The notes beneath the pieces were generated by a model that did not search any database, was not told where the DNA came from, and was given only the letters and a program-made list of their open reading frames with translations. Below, piece by piece: positions 1-8,614 of a stretch of DNA of 64,000 nt (position 1 is the first letter of the stretch; each line of letters opens with the position of its first letter). Source of the DNA: Gemmatimonadota bacterium (GTDB lineage: Bacteria; Gemmatimonadota; Gemmatimonadetes; Gemmatimonadales; GWC2-71-9); the NCBI GenBank assembly GCA_029863245.1, contig JAOTVV010000015.1, forward strand, positions 5,280 to 69,279. The letters are read 5' to 3'. The position numbers and the translations under genes were made by a program.

Positions 1-1057
1 CCACAGAAACCGTGACTTGGGCTTGCTCGCCGAGGATATTCGCCGTTTCCGCGACCTCGGCGAGGATTTCCCGGAAGTCCACGTCCTCGAGGTGAAACGG
101 GGCCCGTCCCTCGTCGACTCGCGCCAGCGTGAGCAACGCGTCCACCAGTTCGGCCATCCGGTTCACCTCGAACAACGTCTCCTCCAGAGTGGCCAGGACG
201 TCGTCGGGCGTGTCCGGGTGGGTGATCGAGCGCTCGATCCCGGCTCGCAGGACGGTGAGGGGCGTCTTGAGTTCGTGACTCGCGTCGGCCGTGAAGCGCC
301 GCAGCATCGAGAAACTCCGCTCCAGACGGGCCAACATGCGGTTCAGCGTCGTGGTGAGGCGCGCCAGCTCGTCGCGACCGATGGGGGCGGCGAGCCGCCT
401 ATGCAGACTCCGACCGTCCGTGATTGCCTCGATCTCGTCGACAATGGCTTCGACCGGCTTGAGGTTTCGCCCCACCAGCGCGAAGGCCACGATTAGCGAC
501 GCCGCAATGACGAACGGTGCCGTCCACAGCATGGCCGTCAACAACGGGACGAAGCCCGAGGTGGGCACGCCGGACACGACCGCCGTGATATCGCCACCCG
601 CCTCCGTGATGGGCCGCACGAAGTAGCGGATTCTTCCCACGTCGCCGCCGATGTCGGCGAGTGCGGGCCGGGCCGGCTGCTGCCCCTGCTCCGCCAAGTC
701 GATCAGCGCTTGTGCCGTGGTGAACGGGAGGTCCCGCGCCTCCGCCGACACGAACAACACGTCGCCTTCCCGGCCCAACACGATGACGAGGCCCGGCACG
801 CCCCCGAGCAACGAGGCCACCTCGGGCGTCAACCCGAGATCTCCGGACTGGGGGTCCGGCGCCACGACGCTCTCGCGTGCGCGGTACGCCTCGCCGAGGA
901 TACCGGCGATGAGATCCGATTCCAAACGCACGCGCACGTCGAGGTCGCCGAACGAGCCCGAGCCCTGAACTGCGTAGGTCACAGTGGCAAAGAGCAGGAT
1001 CGTCGCGCCGAGCAGCGCGGCGTACCCGACCGCCAGACGCCACCGGATGGTCTGCAT
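1..1057 (-). CDS. Membrane sensor histidine kinase (TM-HAMP-HisKA), 3' end cut by window edge
   Basis: The minus-strand frame is open from ATG at 1057 to nt 1; it is absent from the ORF track because no stop lies in the window. My translation starts MQTIRWRLAVGYAALLGATILLFATV (TM1). A second hydrophobic segment (FVPLLTAMLWTAPFVIAASLIVAFALV) is followed by a HAMP-like linker and the H-box RFTADASHELKTPLTVL (about nt 250-300). The gene starts 7 nt after the response-regulator stop. Confidence 0.8.
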   Translation of the reverse strand, partial: MQTIRWRLAVGYAALLGATILLFATVTYAVQGSGSFGDLDVRVRLESDLIAGILGEAYRARESVVAPDPQSGDLGLTPEVASLLGGVPGLVIVLGREGDVLFVSAEARDLPFTTAQALIDLAEQGQQPARPALADIGGDVGRIRYFVRPITEAGGDITAVVSGVPTSGFVPLLTAMLWTAPFVIAASLIVAFALVGRNLKPVEAIVDEIEAITDGRSLHRRLAAPIGRDELARLTTTLNRMLARLERSFSMLRRFTADASHELKTPLTVLRAGIERSITHPDTPDDVLATLEETLFEVNRMAELVDALLTLARVDEGRAPFHLEDVDFREILAEVAETANILGEQAQVTVSV

Positions 1058-1064
1058 CAGATGC

Positions 1065-1736
1065 TCAGTCGGATTTCAGGACGTATCCCACGCCGCGGAC
1101 GGTGTGGATGAGCTTGAGCGGGAACCCGTGATCGACCTTCTTGCGCAGGCGGGTAATCACCACGTCCACGATGTTCGTCCCGGGATCGAAATGGTAGTCC
1201 CACGCGTACTCGGTGATGAGCGTCCGAGGCATCACCCGACCCGCGTTGCGCGCGAGGTACTCGAGCACCGTGTACTCCTTCGGGGTGAGGTCCACAGACT
1301 TCCCAGCGCGCTCGACTTGGTGTTTCCCGGTATCGATCACCAGATCGGCGACCGTGATGACGGGCGGGGCTATGCCCTTGGGGCGGCGGGTCAGCACTTC
1401 GACCCGTGCCAGCAACTCTTCCATAGCAAACGGCTTGGTGACGTAGTCGTCCGCCCCGATCCGAAGCGCCTGCACCTTCGACTCCACCGCATCCTGCGCG
1501 GTGAGGACGAGCACCGGGGTCTCCACGCCGCGATCACGCAGGGTCCGCAAGACCTCGCCTCCGGACAACCCCGGCAGCCGCAGATCCAGCACGATCACGT
1601 CGTAGCTGCCCTGGGAGGCCCGCTCCAATCCCGTCTGCCCTTCAGCCACCAGATCCACCACGAAGCGGTGCTCCTCGAGGCCCCGCTGCACAAACTGACC
1701 GACGGTCCGATCGTCCTCGACGACGAGGACCTTCAC
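1065..1736 (-). CDS. OmpR/PhoB-family response regulator
   Basis: Receiver domain ([29 protein letters not shown]) plus winged-helix output domain (LTPKEYTVLEYLARNAG, ITRLRKKV, IHTVRGVGYVL). The GTG start at 1736 overlaps the upstream kinase stop by 4 nt (GTGA). The rest of the 467-aa track ORF is an out-of-frame overlap of the kinase gene. Confidence 0.9.
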   Translation of the reverse strand: MKVLVVEDDRTVGQFVQRGLEEHRFVVDLVAEGQTGLERASQGSYDVIVLDLRLPGLSGGEVLRTLRDRGVETPVLVLTAQDAVESKVQALRIGADDYVTKPFAMEELLARVEVLTRRPKGIAPPVITVADLVIDTGKHQVERAGKSVDLTPKEYTVLEYLARNAGRVMPRTLITEYAWDYHFDPGTNIVDVVITRLRKKVDHGFPLKLIHTVRGVGYVLKSD

Positions 1737-3415
1737 GCCGTGGGCTCCGGCGATTTGACGGGGAGCACGACGTGGAACACGGATCCGCGACCCACCTGCG
1801 AGTCCACGAGCACGCGGCCACCATGTTCCTGCACGATGCCGTAGCAGATGGACAGCCCGAGGCCCGTGCCGCTCCCGGGCTGCTTGGTGGTGAAGAACGG
1901 CTCGAAAATCTTCGGCAGGTCGTCGCGACGGATCCCCATACCCGTATCGCCGATCGCAACGACGACCTCCGACTTTCGACCGAAGCGACCAGTGCGAACC
2001 GACAGCGTCCCCTTCCCTTCCATCGCGTCGATGGCGTTCAGCATGATCGACAGGAAGACCTGGATCAGCTGTTCGTGGTTCGCCTCGATGACCGGCAGGT
2101 CGTCTGCCAGATGCCGCTCCAGCGTGATGCCACGGAACCGATCGTGGTGTTTGACCAGGAACAGGGCATCTTCGACGACCTGGTTCAGCTCGGCTGGACG
2201 CTTTACGCGCGCCTTGGGCCGCGAGAAATCGAGCAGTCCGTCTACGATGGACTTGCATCGCTCGAGTTCCGACTCGATGATGCGCAGGTATTCCTCGAAC
2301 CCCTGCGCCTCGATGAGGGTCAGACTTTCGGCCCGCATCGTCAACGCCTCGACGCACGCCCCGATCGTTGCCAACGGATTGTTGATTTCGTGCATAACGC
2401 CCGCGGCCAACTGCCCTACGGCCGAGAGCTTCTCTGATTGGAAGACATGATCCTGGACCCGCTTCCACTCGGTAATGTCCTCACCGATGGTGATGACGTG
2501 CGTCACGTCGTCATTGTCCAGGCGCATCGGCACCTTGGTGAGCCGATAGTACCGCGGATCTCCCAACGCGGACGACTCGACGTCGATTTGCGTCATCTCG
2601 CCGGTCGTGAAGGCGCGATCGAACTCCTGCTTGAGCATGTCCCGCGGTTGGCGATGCAGGACGTCGAACACTACACGCCCAATCACTTCCTCGCGATCGA
2701 GACCCTGGTTTCCCATTTCGCGTTTTCGATTCCACGCCTGAATCCGATACTCGTTGTCCACGACGTAGATACCAACTGGAAGCGAGTCGATGATCTTCGA
2801 CGTGAACCGGCGTTGGGATTCGATCTCGCGCGTGCGCAGCGCAATCTCGGACGCCAAGTCCTCCGACAGCTCGAACGACCCGATGAGCGGAGCAAGCACG
2901 TTGGCAGTGATCGCCAAGATCTCGCGCAGCTGGCCGGCCTCCGCTCCGTCGCGGAAGTTGACCTCCAACACGCCGAGCCGCTCGCCGTCGGCGATGAGCG
3001 GGAGGCGCGCATGCCAGCGGCCGCCATCCAGGCGGAATGCCTCCGAAGCTCTGAACCACGGTTCGGACTCGTCCGACCGCACATCGGCAGGCTGCGGCGC
3101 ACCTTCCGCTATGATGGCCCGAAAGTGGGAGCCGTCTGGAGTGCGCACCCACACTCGGCAGGACTCGGAGGAGAGGCCTCGGCCGAGCGCGCTCGCCACG
3201 GCGGCCAGCACTCCCTCCGAGCCGAGTCCCGCCGACAGGTATCCCGTGATTTCGGCAAGGAGTCGGAGGCTCCCCGCGCCCAGCGGCTCCCGCAGAGCCG
3301 TATCGAGCGATCGTGAGGGATCCGGATCGGCCATCGGGCTCAACGTACCGGGCTCGGTGCTCGTCGACAAGCACCGGTAACACCGCGGGACCCCCAGGTC
3401 CCCTGGCCCACCCAT
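1733..3415 (-). CDS. Soluble GAF-PAS-HisKA-HATPase sensor histidine kinase
   Basis: 560-aa ORF with no TM segment. It has an N-terminal GAF-like region, a PAS region ([22 protein letters not shown]), the H-box [15 protein letters not shown], and ATP-lid motifs ([16 protein letters not shown]). ATG at 3415 has GGAG just upstream; ATG at 3334 (MADPDPS) is an alternative start. Confidence 0.85.
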   Translation of the reverse strand: MGGPGDLGVPRCYRCLSTSTEPGTLSPMADPDPSRSLDTALREPLGAGSLRLLAEITGYLSAGLGSEGVLAAVASALGRGLSSESCRVWVRTPDGSHFRAIIAEGAPQPADVRSDESEPWFRASEAFRLDGGRWHARLPLIADGERLGVLEVNFRDGAEAGQLREILAITANVLAPLIGSFELSEDLASEIALRTREIESQRRFTSKIIDSLPVGIYVVDNEYRIQAWNRKREMGNQGLDREEVIGRVVFDVLHRQPRDMLKQEFDRAFTTGEMTQIDVESSALGDPRYYRLTKVPMRLDNDDVTHVITIGEDITEWKRVQDHVFQSEKLSAVGQLAAGVMHEINNPLATIGACVEALTMRAESLTLIEAQGFEEYLRIIESELERCKSIVDGLLDFSRPKARVKRPAELNQVVEDALFLVKHHDRFRGITLERHLADDLPVIEANHEQLIQVFLSIMLNAIDAMEGKGTLSVRTGRFGRKSEVVVAIGDTGMGIRRDDLPKIFEPFFTTKQPGSGTGLGLSICYGIVQEHGGRVLVDSQVGRGSVFHVVLPVKSPEPTA

Positions 3416-3691
3416 CGGCTCCGCCCGCCGTGCCAGGTCGATCTACTCACGCGAGCCTCGTAATCTCCACGAGGAGCTCCGGGAGCATGACATGGGGCGC
3501 GCGCCGCCCTACCCGTGGTAGACCTGCACTCATGGCACCTCCGCGTCCGGTTCGAGCAGTCCAGCGGGCCCTGGCGGGCCGCGCCGGCGATCCCTTGTGT
3601 CGAGTCGCGTCGTCGCTCTAATTACGTGGCACCGCCCACGCAGCTGATCGCGGTGAAATGTAGCCAATTCAGCATGGAGAGATATCACATC

Positions 3692-4303
3692 ATGGCGCAT
3701 CAACTTCCCAACCTCCCGTACAAGGTCGACGCCCTCGAGCCACATATCGATGCCAAAACCATGGAGATCCATCATGGCAAGCATCACGCGGGCTATGTGT
3801 CCAAGTTGAATGCTGCGCTCGAAAAGCATGCAGCACTGCAGAAGAAGTCGGTCGAGGATCTTCTGGGCGGTATCGCGACCGTGCCGGAAGCGATTCGGAC
3901 GGCCGTGCGCAACAACGGCGGAGGACACGCAAACCACTCCCTCTTCTGGACGATCATGAGCCCAAAGGGAGGCGGCGACCCATCCGGACCGCTGGCCGCC
4001 GCCATCACCAAGGCATTCGGGGATCTGGCCACGTTCAAACAGCAGTTCTCCGACGCTGCCGGCACGCGCTTTGGCAGTGGTTGGGCCTGGCTGGTCGTCC
4101 ACGGGAAGAAGCTCGCCGTCGAGAGCACCCCGAATCAGGACAGTCCGCTCATGGAGGGGAAAACGCCCATCCTGGGGCTCGACGTGTGGGAGCACGCCTA
4201 CTACCTCAAATACCAGAACCGGCGCCCCGACTACGTCGCTGCCTGGTGGAACGTGGTGAACTGGGATGAGGTTGCGAAGCGGTTTGGCGCTGCTTCCAGG
4301 TAA
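3692..4303 (+). CDS. sodA: Mn-type superoxide dismutase
   Basis: [51 protein letters not shown] and [18 protein letters not shown] are canonical Fe/Mn-SOD motifs with Mn-type residues (GGGHxNHSLFW, Gln in NQD). ATG at 3692 is preceded by GGAGAG about 10 nt upstream; the upstream part of the track ORF is non-coding-like. Confidence 0.93.
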   Translation: MAHQLPNLPYKVDALEPHIDAKTMEIHHGKHHAGYVSKLNAALEKHAALQKKSVEDLLGGIATVPEAIRTAVRNNGGGHANHSLFWTIMSPKGGGDPSGPLAAAITKAFGDLATFKQQFSDAAGTRFGSGWAWLVVHGKKLAVESTPNQDSPLMEGKTPILGLDVWEHAYYLKYQNRRPDYVAAWWNVVNWDEVAKRFGAASR

Positions 4304-4313
4304 ACGCTTTCCG

Positions 4314-4886
4314 GTGCGGCGGTCTTTCATCGTTGCGGCCGGACTCCTGGTGGGGGCGGGCGGCCTTCGCCCGCTCCTCGCACAGGATCAGGCACTCGTC
4401 CTGTTTGTGAACGTCGGGCGCCATGCGCCTCTGGCCAACCTCACGGATGCCGGGGACGATCTCTCACCCGGCTTCTCCTACGGCGGTGGCCTGGCGCTCC
4501 AACTCAGTCCGAGTGTGGCGCTCCGCGCCAGCCTCGGCTATCACCGAGGGAGGTATCGCGGCGACGCCCTCGCAATGGCCGACTCCGGGTTTGCTCGGTT
4601 GGTGTGGGCCGGAGATCTCCAAGTGGGCTGGCCCGCAACCAGTTCGCTGGTCCCCTACGTGTACCTGGGCGGCGCCGTGGTCACGACGGATTTCGATGAC
4701 GACGCGCTCATGAACGTGGCGGGTGGCGGGGGCCGTCTGGGGGTCGGGCTCAACCGGGTGGGGGGACTCGGCGCCTGGTTCTTCGAATTCGGCACCATCA
4801 TTCACAAGTTCTCGGGCAACGGATTCGACCGCGTCCAGTTAGACCTGGAGGCTCGGGTAGGATTCGCGCTGGCATTGGGTCTCTAG
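4314..4886 (+). CDS. Small outer-membrane beta-barrel protein (OmpA-like barrel/porin family), function unknown
   Basis: Signal peptide from GTG 4314 (VRRSFIVAAGLLVGAGGLRPLLAQ). Alternating hydrophobic beta-strand pattern with Gly/aromatic-rich strands (LALQLSPSVALRASLGY, VPYVYLGGAVV, LEARVGFALALGL). ATG 4266 would overlap sodA by 38 nt, so the GTG start is preferred. Confidence 0.55.
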   Translation: MRRSFIVAAGLLVGAGGLRPLLAQDQALVLFVNVGRHAPLANLTDAGDDLSPGFSYGGGLALQLSPSVALRASLGYHRGRYRGDALAMADSGFARLVWAGDLQVGWPATSSLVPYVYLGGAVVTTDFDDDALMNVAGGGGRLGVGLNRVGGLGAWFFEFGTIIHKFSGNGFDRVQLDLEARVGFALALGL

Positions 4887-4987
4887 CGGTCTGACACGAG
4901 GCCCGGGCTGACGCCGAGCGCCCTGCACTGGAGAGTCTCAGCCCAACCAGCTACCGCCCTGCCGCACTGCCCTCCTACCGCCTGTCA

Positions 4988-5060
4988 TGGAGCGGATGGG
5001 ATTCGAACCCATGACCCCCGGCTTGCAAAGCCGGTGCTCTCCCAACTGAGCTACCGCCCC
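4988..5060 (-). tRNA. tRNA-Ala (anticodon UGC)
   Basis: Reverse complement folds by hand into a 73-nt cloverleaf: GGGGCGG-TA-GCTC-AGTTGGGA-GAGC-A-CCGGC-TTTGCAA-GCCGG-GGGTC-ATGGG-TTCGAAT-CCCAT-CCGCTCC-A. It has the G3:U70 Ala identity pair, anticodon TGC and a T-loop TTCGAAT. CCA is not encoded. Confidence 0.95.
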
Positions 5061-5122
5061 GCTTCACAGGGATCTAAAGTAACAGCTCGTGGGCCGGCCA
5101 CGTAGCGCAATTCCCGCCGCCG

Positions 5123-6988
5123 TTACCAGGCGATCCCGTAGTCCTCCCCGTAGTGGCTCGACCCGCCCCAGAACGTGCCGTGCTCCCAATCGAAGAAGAT
5201 CGCGTTGATCGGGCCCGACGTGCGCGACTGGAAGTCCAACCGGTACCCCATACCCGCGAGGTCGCTGCGGACCCATGGCGGAACAGACTCGTTCAGTGTC
5301 AGGCGCCCCGGTTGCTTCTCGTGCTCACCAAACGAGTCGTGGAGCTGGTAGCTCGCAATATTCGGCGCCTCGGCGGCCTCCTGCACGTTCATGCCGAACT
5401 CGACGACATTCAGGAAGAACTGGAGGAGGTTCTGATCCTGCGTATCGCCTCCCTGGACCGCGAACGAGAGATAGGGACGCCCGTCCTTGAGCGCCATTCC
5501 GGGTGTGAGCGTCGCCCGCGGTCGCTTGCCGGGCTCGACTACGTTGAACGGGTTCTCCGCCGGGTCCAGCACGAAACTCTGCATGCGCTGGCTCAACCCG
5601 ACACCCGTGCGACCGGCGATGACTGCTGGGACCCAACCGCCACTTGGCGTCACCGACACGACCCACCCTGCTTCGTCGGCAGCCTGGATGGACGTGGTGC
5701 CGAGGTAGAACGTCTCCATCCAGTCTTTCGACTCCAGGGCGGCTTCAGTGGTCGGCGTCGTGCGTTTCGGCGGCCAGCGTTCGAGGAGGTCGCGATACGG
5801 GTTCGCCCGGCCCATGACCGGGTAGGGATCTCCGGGCTTCACATCCGGGTCGTTCCGCTTCCAGTCGACCTGCTGGGCACGCAGCTTGGCGTATTCCTTT
5901 GAGAGCAGTCCCGCGATGGGCTCTTCCGGCGGGAAGTACGGATCACCGTAGTAGAAATCGCGATCGGCAAACGCCAGGTTCATCGCCTGGTATAGTGCGT
6001 GGATGTATCGCGTGCTGTTGTATCCCATCGCCTGGAGATCGAAGTTCTCCAGGATGTTGAGGGCCTGGAGCATTACCGGTCCCTGTACCCAATGCGTGAG
6101 CTTGTAGACCTCGATCCCCTTGTAGGTCGTCATGACGGGCTCCTCGATGCGCACCCGCCAGTTCGCGAGATCCTCCATGGTGATGAGGGCGCCTTCTTCC
6201 CGCGCACCCCGGACCAGCTCCCGGGCCACGTCTCCGCGATAGAACCGCTCGTACGCGGCGTAAATGGCCTCTTTCCGGTTCTTTCCGGACCGCAGCGCCT
6301 GCCGCTCGGCCTCGACCAGCTTCGTGAGTGTGGCGGCGAGATCGGGCTGCCGAAAGACCTCACCGGCCGCCGGCGCTTCCCGTTCCTCACCAGGATGGGT
6401 GAGATAGATTTCGCGCGAGTACTTCCACTCCTTGATCCGATCCTTGTCGCGCTCGATCGAGTTCGCGGTCTGCGCCTCGATCGGGTAGCCGTCCGCCATT
6501 TCGATCGCCGGCGCCAGTACCTCCGCAAGGCTCAGCGTTCCCCACTCGGCCAGCATCGTCATGAGCCCGCCAGGCGTTCCTGGCGTCACCGCAGCCAGTG
6601 GGCCGTACCGCGGCGGATAGTTCATGCCCTTGCTCTGGAAGAACTCCGGCGTGGCTCCCGTCGGCGCGACACCCAGAGCGTTCACCCCGATCACCTTCTT
6701 GGTGTTCGGGTTGTAGACGAGGGCCTGGGTCTCTCCGCCCCAACTCAGGACGTCCCACATGGTGGCAGTCGCGGCGAGCATCGCGCAGGCCGCATCCACG
6801 GCGTTGCCACCGCGCTGGAACATCATCGCGCCGGCTGTGGCGCCGAGCGGCTTGCCGGTGATGGCCACCCAGTGGCGGCCGTGCAGAACGGGTTTGACGG
6901 TCTGCTGTGCGGTGGCGGTCGGGGCACTCATGGCCAGGGTAAGTGCCGCACCGGCACACACGAGCGTGAGGCGAGATGCCGTGAACAT
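5123..6988 (-). CDS. ggt: Gamma-glutamyltransferase family protein (periplasmic)
   Basis: 621-aa ORF with signal peptide MFTASRLTLVCAGAALTLAMSAPTATAQ. N-terminal GGT motifs (GGNAVDAACA) and the autoprocessing/nucleophile site LGTTSIQAADEAGWVVSVTPSGGW. Strong GGAGGAATC SD precedes the ATG. Confidence 0.9.
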   Translation of the reverse strand: MFTASRLTLVCAGAALTLAMSAPTATAQQTVKPVLHGRHWVAITGKPLGATAGAMMFQRGGNAVDAACAMLAATATMWDVLSWGGETQALVYNPNTKKVIGVNALGVAPTGATPEFFQSKGMNYPPRYGPLAAVTPGTPGGLMTMLAEWGTLSLAEVLAPAIEMADGYPIEAQTANSIERDKDRIKEWKYSREIYLTHPGEEREAPAAGEVFRQPDLAATLTKLVEAERQALRSGKNRKEAIYAAYERFYRGDVARELVRGAREEGALITMEDLANWRVRIEEPVMTTYKGIEVYKLTHWVQGPVMLQALNILENFDLQAMGYNSTRYIHALYQAMNLAFADRDFYYGDPYFPPEEPIAGLLSKEYAKLRAQQVDWKRNDPDVKPGDPYPVMGRANPYRDLLERWPPKRTTPTTEAALESKDWMETFYLGTTSIQAADEAGWVVSVTPSGGWVPAVIAGRTGVGLSQRMQSFVLDPAENPFNVVEPGKRPRATLTPGMALKDGRPYLSFAVQGGDTQDQNLLQFFLNVVEFGMNVQEAAEAPNIASYQLHDSFGEHEKQPGRLTLNESVPPWVRSDLAGMGYRLDFQSRTSGPINAIFFDWEHGTFWGGSSHYGEDYGIAW

Positions 6989-7016
6989 GATTCCTCCGGG
7001 AGCGCGTCGGCTCCGC

Positions 7017-8432
7017 TCATGGGAAGATCCCTAGCTCGAGGTATGACACCGCGATCTTCTCGATGGAGCAGATCATCGCGGCCGTCCGAAGATCGACGTC
7101 GCCTCCCGCGTTGTGCCACGCGTCGCGCATGCTCTGATACCCCACCACCATCGTCTCCTCGAGCCCCGAGTCGACGAGATCGAGCTCCCCGGCACCACGA
7201 GACAGCCGCCGAATGGCCTCCGCTGGGAACTTGCGACCGGTGAGGTCCTCCATCGCGTGCAGCAGCCGCTCGTGCGCCCCGGCCTCGAAGCGACGCTGCA
7301 TGCGGCCGAACCGGATGTGCGAGATGTTCTTGATCCACTCGAAGTACGAGACGGTGACCCCTCCGGCATTCAAGTACATGTCCGGAATGATCAACGCGCC
7401 CCGCTCACGGAGCATTGCGTCGGCCTCCGCCGTCGTCGGGCCATTGGCCGCCTCCGCGATGATCTTCGCCTTGACGTTGGGAGCGTTCTCGGCGGTGATC
7501 TGTCGCTCGAGCGCCGCCGGGACCAGGATGTCACAGTCCAACTCGAGGACACGCGCGGTCTCGGGAATGTCGGTGGCGCCGGGGAAGCCGAGGATCTTCC
7601 CCGTTTCCTCACGATGTGCCACCACCTTCTCCAGATCGAGGCCCTTGGGGTCGTGGACGGCCCCTTCGTACTCGGCCAAGCCGACCAACACCGCGCCCCC
7701 CTCCTGCAGGTACTTGGCGGCGTGATAGCCGACGTTCCCGAGGCCCTGCACAACGACCCGTTTCCCCTCGATGCCGGTGGTGAGCCCGAGGCGCTTCATG
7801 TCCTCGCCGGCGGAACACGCCTCGCGAATGCCGAAAAACACGCCCCGGCCGGTCGCCTCGGTGCGGCCGTGAATCCCCCCCTGACTCACCGGTTTCCCCG
7901 TGACGCACGCAATGCCGTTGAGATCTCCCGACTTGAGCGACATGTAGGTGTCGGCGATCCACGCCATCTCCCGCGCCCCGGTCCCGAAATCCGGCGCCGG
8001 CACGTCCACGCCCGGTCCGAGGAAGTCCTTCCGCACCAACTCGAACGCATACCGCCGCGTGATGCGCTCCAGCTCCGCGTCGGAGTAGTTGTGGCGGGCG
8101 ATCTTGATCCCGCCCTTGGCACCACCGAAGGGCACGTCCACCAGCGCGCACTTGAACGTCATGAGCGCTGCGAGCGCCACGACCTCGTCCTCGTTCACCA
8201 CCATCGAGTACCGGATGCCGCCCTTGGTAGGCTGCCGGTGGTGGCTGTGTTCCGCCCGCCACGCGTGCACCACCTCGATCTTCCCATCGTCCCGGTGGAT
8301 CGGAAAGCTCACGTAGTACACGCTGTTGCATTCTCGGATCTGGGCCAGGAGGGTGGGGTCGTGGTCGGTGTGCGCGGCGGCACGGTCGAAGGCGTGATGG
8401 ACTTGGGCCAGGAAGCCCCCGGTCTTGGTCAT
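7017..8432 (-). CDS. gdh: Glutamate dehydrogenase (Glu/Leu/Phe/Val dehydrogenase family)
   Basis: Catalytic-lysine motif DVPFGGAKGGIKI, dinucleotide fold VVVQGLGNVGYHAAKYL, and overall collinearity with GDH family proteins. GGAG sits 6 nt upstream of the ATG. Confidence 0.92.
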   Translation of the reverse strand: MTKTGGFLAQVHHAFDRAAAHTDHDPTLLAQIRECNSVYYVSFPIHRDDGKIEVVHAWRAEHSHHRQPTKGGIRYSMVVNEDEVVALAALMTFKCALVDVPFGGAKGGIKIARHNYSDAELERITRRYAFELVRKDFLGPGVDVPAPDFGTGAREMAWIADTYMSLKSGDLNGIACVTGKPVSQGGIHGRTEATGRGVFFGIREACSAGEDMKRLGLTTGIEGKRVVVQGLGNVGYHAAKYLQEGGAVLVGLAEYEGAVHDPKGLDLEKVVAHREETGKILGFPGATDIPETARVLELDCDILVPAALERQITAENAPNVKAKIIAEAANGPTTAEADAMLRERGALIIPDMYLNAGGVTVSYFEWIKNISHIRFGRMQRRFEAGAHERLLHAMEDLTGRKFPAEAIRRLSRGAGELDLVDSGLEETMVVGYQSMRDAWHNAGGDVDLRTAAMICSIEKIAVSYLELGIFP

Positions 8433-8569
8433 CGAGTTGCTCCGTGGTACGGGTGGGTGCGGCGCTGCTTGAGGTCCCGGTCTCGATCCATCAACAGTAC
8501 ACGCGCGACCGCGCCGGTGCGATCTCCGGCAGTCGACGCGCGTGGAAGGGGGACAGGCGGTGGAGGGAC

Positions 8570-8602
8570 CCCCCTCCGGTGCAACCCGTGCACCGGAGGG
8601 GG
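8570..8602 (-). terminator. Terminator-like GC-rich hairpin (14-bp perfect stem, 5-nt loop), no U-tract
   Basis: CCCCCTCCGGTGCA-acccg-TGCACCGGAGGGGG lies 12 nt downstream of the BNR gene stop (8615) and upstream of gdh. No T-run follows on the minus strand, so it may be factor-dependent or only a stabilising hairpin. Confidence 0.4.
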
Positions 8603-8614
8603 CCGGTACTCAGG

